A DNA stretch of 64,000 nt from a virus, in IMG/VR virus record IMGVR_UViG_3300008255_000099, positions 96,001 through 160,000 of that record; one strand, 5' to 3'. Shown here piece after piece: positions 62,989 through 64,000 of this stretch. Positions within the stretch are counted from its first letter, which is position 1, and every line of letters begins with the position of its first letter. Position numbers and translations under genes: made by a program. The notes under the pieces are model-generated. The model was not told the DNA's origin, did not search any database, and saw nothing but the letters and a program-made list of their open reading frames with translations.

Positions 62989-64000
62989 CTAAATCTTTTT
63001 CATAACATTTTGAACACTAATTTCATCTAACTCTTGCTCGCAAGTCGGGCACTTACCAAATTTTTTAATCAATTCTATAATAAAATTGTGTTGCTCCTCA
63101 ATCAATCTGTCCCTATTTTCAGATTCTAATTGCAAACTATTTTTATTGTCTTTTATTTTTTTATCAACAATGTTCGATTTGCTGAAAATTGTTCTAGCTT
63201 CTTTTATTAAATCTATTAAACTTTGAATCTCTGAAACATCAATCCCAGCAATTCTTTCGTTTTTTTCTAAAAATACATCTATTTTATTCTGCTTATCTTC
63301 AATTAAAGATAATTTGTTTATAATATAAATTGCTGATTCTAAATTTTGTGCATCTTTCTCTATTTCAGATATAATTTTAGAATTTTTTAGAATTTCTTTG
63401 TTTAGATCTAATTCTTCTTTGATTAATGTTTCTTTTTGCTTTATTTTTATTGCACGGCCCAACAAATTACTTGCATCGTTGATGCTTAACTCTTTGTTTT
63501 TTAATATAGATATTTTTGGAGAAATATCTTTTGATAAAAATTCAATTGCTCTTGAAGAATCTTCGGTCTCAGAAAACTCTATTTCTAATTCATCAATTCG
63601 TTGTTTAATTATTTTTTCTTCTGTTACCAATTCACCTTTTGGGTGTACTTTTCTATTTAGATTTTTTAAGACATCCTCAAAATATTCAACACCATTAATT
63701 CTATTTAACAAAGAAGATAATCCAGCCCCTTGAAACTCTAATGCTAATGGAGAATTAAGTTGCGGAAGATAATTCATTTCAATATTTCTATTCCCAAAAG
63801 AAATCTTATCAAAACCAAGTACACTTTTTACTTCTTCTGGGACACCGACACCAAATCCATTGAGTTCAATTGAAACATCTTCTGGATTTGTTACAACATA
63901 TCTATTAACTCCTCCATTACCACGAGTTTTGGCCCTCTCAATTTTATATCCATTTGATAATTTTAGTTCTACACTACAGACAAAATTTTTGTTTGTTTTT
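62989..64000 (-). CDS. SbcC/Rad50 N-terminal half ending at the zinc hook, truncated by window end
   Basis: Frame stays open from 63777 to the window end (CSVELKL..KIERAK...GVPEEVKSVLG...NYLPQLNSP), coiled coil, C-terminal KCPTCEQEL hook. Confidence 0.8.
   Translation of the reverse strand, partial: KTNKNFVCSVELKLSNGYKIERAKTRGNGGVNRYVVTNPEDVSIELNGFGVGVPEEVKSVLGFDKISFGNRNIEMNYLPQLNSPLALEFQGAGLSSLLNRINGVEYFEDVLKNLNRKVHPKGELVTEEKIIKQRIDELEIEFSETEDSSRAIEFLSKDISPKISILKNKELSINDASNLLGRAIKIKQKETLIKEELDLNKEILKNSKIISEIEKDAQNLESAIYIINKLSLIEDKQNKIDVFLEKNERIAGIDVSEIQSLIDLIKEARTIFSKSNIVDKKIKDNKNSLQLESENRDRLIEEQHNFIIELIKKFGKCPTCEQELDEISVQNVMKKI

Noticed and set aside
737-63733. Numerous short antisense or nested ORFs in the track (e.g. 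15408, 29773, 47837, 56471, 58047, 58102, 60806)
   Set aside because: Shadows of well-supported genes on the other strand or frame, without SD sites or motifs.
1-64000. CRISPR array suggested by the Cas4-like gene
   Set aside because: No repeat-spacer array and no other cas gene seen; stand-alone Cas4-like nucleases are common in phages.
1-64000. Stop-codon reassignment (seen in some huge phages)
   Set aside because: Long conserved genes are intact in the standard code and TAA, TAG and TGA all end genes with tight spacing.
1-64000. Interpretation as a bacterial chromosome segment or ordinary prophage
   Set aside because: Terminase, gp32-like SSB, split primase and SbcC, high intein load and ORFan density with no core housekeeping operons or integrase fit a large phage better; genome size and host cannot be determined from this window.

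Overview
AT-rich (roughly 30% GC), gene-dense segment of what is most likely a very large (jumbo/huge-type) tailed phage genome rather than a bacterial chromosome: it has a terminase large subunit, a gp32-like SSB and many ORFans, and no rRNA, ribosomal-protein or cell-envelope genes. Left ~15 kb: probable virion/packaging region (two tandem paralogous beta-rich ~515-aa proteins, terL, candidate terS, two HExxH proteins, RuvC-like resolvase). Rest: an almost complete bacterial-style replication/repair kit on the minus strand (ligA, Pol III alpha, beta clamp, gamma/tau and delta clamp-loader subunits, DnaB, DnaC-like loader, split DnaG, RecA, SSB, family-4 UDG, dUTPase, class II RNR NrdJ, split SbcC plus SbcD, Cas4-like nuclease), a SigH-like sigma factor and a second divergent sigma-like protein carrying C2H2 zinc fingers. 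Inserted on the opposite strand, with its own promoter and terminator, is a prkA/yeaG - yeaH/yhbH - spoVR/ycgB - spoVS cassette, a stationary-phase/sporulation module that is the most striking feature of the window. Five inteins (two in NrdJ, one each in YeaH, SpoVR, DnaE). Non-coding signals: a recurring TGTATAAT promoter-like motif (three times inside inverted repeats), two 42-bp zero-loop palindromes, a tRNA-like cloverleaf, and a gene-32-like SSB leader. No CRISPR array, canonical tRNA or rRNA was found. All family assignments come from motif recognition by eye; no database searches were run.
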